A stretch of 64,000 nucleotides of DNA, taken from the human T2T-CHM13v2.0 reference genome, Homo sapiens. A model generated the notes under the pieces. It ran no database searches and was not told where the DNA came from. It saw only the letters and a list, made by a program, of their open reading frames with translations. Below are positions 61,401 to 64,000 of the stretch, one piece after another (position 1 is the first letter of the stretch; each line of letters starts with the position of its first letter). The stretch lies in NCBI RefSeq assembly GCF_009914755.1, contig NC_060931.1, one strand, 5' to 3'. A program made the translations under genes and the position numbers.

Positions 61401-62296
61401 ACAAACCCTAAAATATAAGGAAACTAAAAGTTTGTTGACCTAAATGAGCTGTTTACACTAGGCAGGTCAGATTTATCTTTCCTAAGAATAAAAGTAGAAC
61501 ATGTTTTAAATACTTAAAAAATAAAAGTAGCAGACCAGAACCTATTACATAGACAAAAGCCATTTCTGCAAACAATTTCGAAAGTCATAGCCCCTGCAAT
61601 AACACTTGCAGTATAGGTTTTTACATTTTTAAGAAGCCTCTGATAATATATAGGCCAAGTATTACAATTATATTCCTCAGTCGAACTACCAATTGTTGAC
61701 AAAAAAAAAGTCATTGCTATTTTCCTACGTAGTACATACAAAGCTCTGTGAAGAAACCAAACTGAGTTTTATATTTCCTTGTGTTGAGGACACGACCGAC
61801 CACATCATCATTCAGCCGACTTTTCCAGAGTAATGTTTACACATTGCTTGGTTGATATGTAAATATGTCAAGATTTTGATTTATAGCTATAAATGGTCTG
61901 TTTACATACACACAAACAGATGCATAAGTTATAGTACATTAATAGTTTAAAACAACATATCCTTGAAGGACAAAGAACTTGAGGGTAAACAACAAATACA
62001 TTGTCATGATCAGAGAAAAGATTTTCATTTTCTGAATGTGAAGTCTGTTGATGGTTAAATAGGGTTTCCCAAAATTTTTTAATAAATTGATGCACTCACA
62101 ATGCAGGTTCAGTACATTTTTCTACTTCGAAAAAAGTTTGAATTTGGAAGTTGACCTCTCAATGAAAACCTGAGCATGTAGTTCTAGCCATAATCTATCC
62201 TCAAAGAAATCAGTTACTAACACACTGTAAAGCATCACATGTGTTTCAGGATTGGGGTGAACATCTCCGATTTTGCTAGGAGTCCATATTTTAAAA

Positions 62297-62529
62297 TAGT
62301 GGTTCTCTATCAGTGGAGATGTTTTTATCGCTAGGGAACATTTGGCAATATCAGGAAACATCTTTGACTGTCAAAACCAGGGGAAGGGGAGTGAGGGATG
62401 GGTACTTCCAGCAGCTTGTGAGCAGAGGCCAGGCGTGCTGCTAAACAACTTGTAATGCACAAAACAGTCCACACAGCTTAGAATTTTCCAGACTAAAATG
62501 CCAATATAGTGCCAAGACTGAGAAAGCTG
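62297..62529 (+). mobile_element. MER20 hAT MITE
   Basis: agtggttctc...catttggcaat...gaggccagg..tgctgctaaaca...agtgccaagactgagaaa. Confidence 0.82.
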
Positions 62530-63202
62530 ACTTAAATAACAGGCTACAAAAATACAGAAAGACTGTCCCTAATGCATCTTAATTACATTCCTTGCACAGT
62601 GTTAAGCAAAATAACAAATGCTTGTTGCTTATTAAATAAACTACCTCTATTTAGCTGGGATCTTTGAGTCGGAGATGAAAAAGAACTAAAAAAGAGTTAT
62701 CACACATATGATATCTACAATTACAAAATTGCAGTCATTGTCAGAACCCAAAAGAAATTTTAAAAATCACCCTGTCCAGCCTAATTTCTCCAGTTAGGAA
62801 AAACAATGTTTCTCACATGGAAGATGCTATCTAATGTACCGACACGACACTGTTAAGGGGAGAGGGCAGTCCTCTTAATAGTAAAAATGAGGTGAGACCT
62901 TTACAAAATTATTAAAATCAGGTTTTGCTATTTTCCTTCTAATAGTATCAATGTCCCATACTTCCCTCAAGTTAATAAAGTATTTCCTGTATAAAAATTA
63001 AAATCAATGTGGTATCATAGTAACTGCTATTTCTCTAGCATGAAACACATAAAATGTAATTATTTTCAAAAAACAAATCAGAGACCTTGGCCTACAGGCT
63101 TTTCTGCTTTTGAGATTGCTGGGATTTAAACTGTCATGAGAAATTCCGAACTGGCTTACATTTTTGAAACACAGGAACTGACAGTCATAAGGCCAAACAT
63201 AC

Positions 63203-63248
63203 CCTTAATAATCGATTCAGCCGCATAGAGATCTCGTTTGTAGGTCAC
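63203..63248 (-). other. Best candidate exon (46 nt) of an unidentified host gene
   Basis: CTAAT branch-like motif, tttatctgtcctttag acceptor, AGG|GTATGT donor; 3 CpGs in 46 nt; open frame VTYKRDLYAAESIIK, or ATG-started MRLNRLLR. Confidence 0.55.
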
Positions 63249-63834
63249 CTAAAGGACAGATAAACTTCATTAGACTTAACAGAGCAGGAAGGAATGTGCA
63301 AGCAATAAAATAATGCCCCCAAGGAAATTCTTGATTTTTCAGAAGCTATAAACATGTAATACTGACATTTTCTCAATTAGAAAAGCATCAGCAAATTCAC
63401 ATAAAATATATTCTATTTCTACAAATGGCTGATTTGTTTTTAAATCTTTGAATAAATTAAGATATTATGTGGCAGTTGTTACCGAAATCTTAATGTAACT
63501 CAAGTATTATACTTAAAGAAAATGTGGTAGCATTTAAACAACAGTATTAACATGACTGCATAAAAACGAGGTTTTATACTAGAGAAAAAAAGGTAGGGTG
63601 GAAGTCTCTGTATAACAAAAAAGTCACTGAGTTACATTCTTAGCTGAAATAATTCTGAAAGGTCAATTTATGTTAAGAGGGGCTTCCTTCTGAATTACAT
63701 ATATCCGTATGAACCTAGATAAGATTCACCTTGTAAGATTTTTATTAAAAATGTGGCTAAAATAGAAAGAGCCTATAGGGTACCACTATGTGTCTAAGAA
63801 CAATGATGATCTTTCCTTAAAAATATGCAACCTC

Positions 63835-64000
63835 TTGGGAGGCCAAGGCAGGCGGATCACGAGGTCAGGAGATCGAGACCATCTTAGATAACACGGTGAA
63901 ACCCCGTCTCTACTAAAAATACAAAAAATTAGCCAGGCGCGGTGGCGGGCGCCTGTAGTCCCAGCTACTCGGGAGGCTGAGGCAGGAGAATGGCGTGAAC
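63835..64000 (+). mobile_element. AluY, 5'-truncated, cut by the window end
   Basis: ggatcacgaggtcaggagatcgagaccatc and ggagaatggcgtgaac are AluY-type; CpG-rich. Confidence 0.92.

Noticed and set aside
61677-61811. Possible C/D snoRNA on the minus strand (ATGATGA...CTGA)
   Set aside because: No terminal stem and no recognisable guide; such motifs are expected by chance

Overview
AT-rich, CpG-depleted, repeat-dense primate (very probably human) DNA; it is not prokaryotic. I see no rRNA, tRNA, CRISPR array or intact long CDS. The protein-like ORFs in the track come from LINE-1 ORF1/ORF2 or Tigger1 transposase, and the rest look like Alu-, LTR- or chance-derived ORFs. The window looks like intronic sequence of a large minus-strand transcription unit that I cannot name: the long L1s lie on the + strand, and several short AG...GT-bounded exon candidates lie on the minus strand (best: 63203-63248 and 40084-40243). 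Main content: a full-length dead L1PA7-like element (10372-18691) with a younger 5'-inverted L1 nested in its ORF2; a near-complete Tigger1; an L1MA-type fragment; 14 Alus; solo LTRs (THE1, LTR1-like, MLT1, MLT2, MER76-like); and MIR/L2/MER relics. I find no evidence of a wholly new biological system. The most interesting structures are the L1-in-L1 inverted/direct repeat architecture, a tiny L1 insertion with a 49-bp 3' transduction, a 430-bp non-tandem templated duplication, and small template-switch scars. Repeat subfamily names are from recalled consensus similarity, not a database search.
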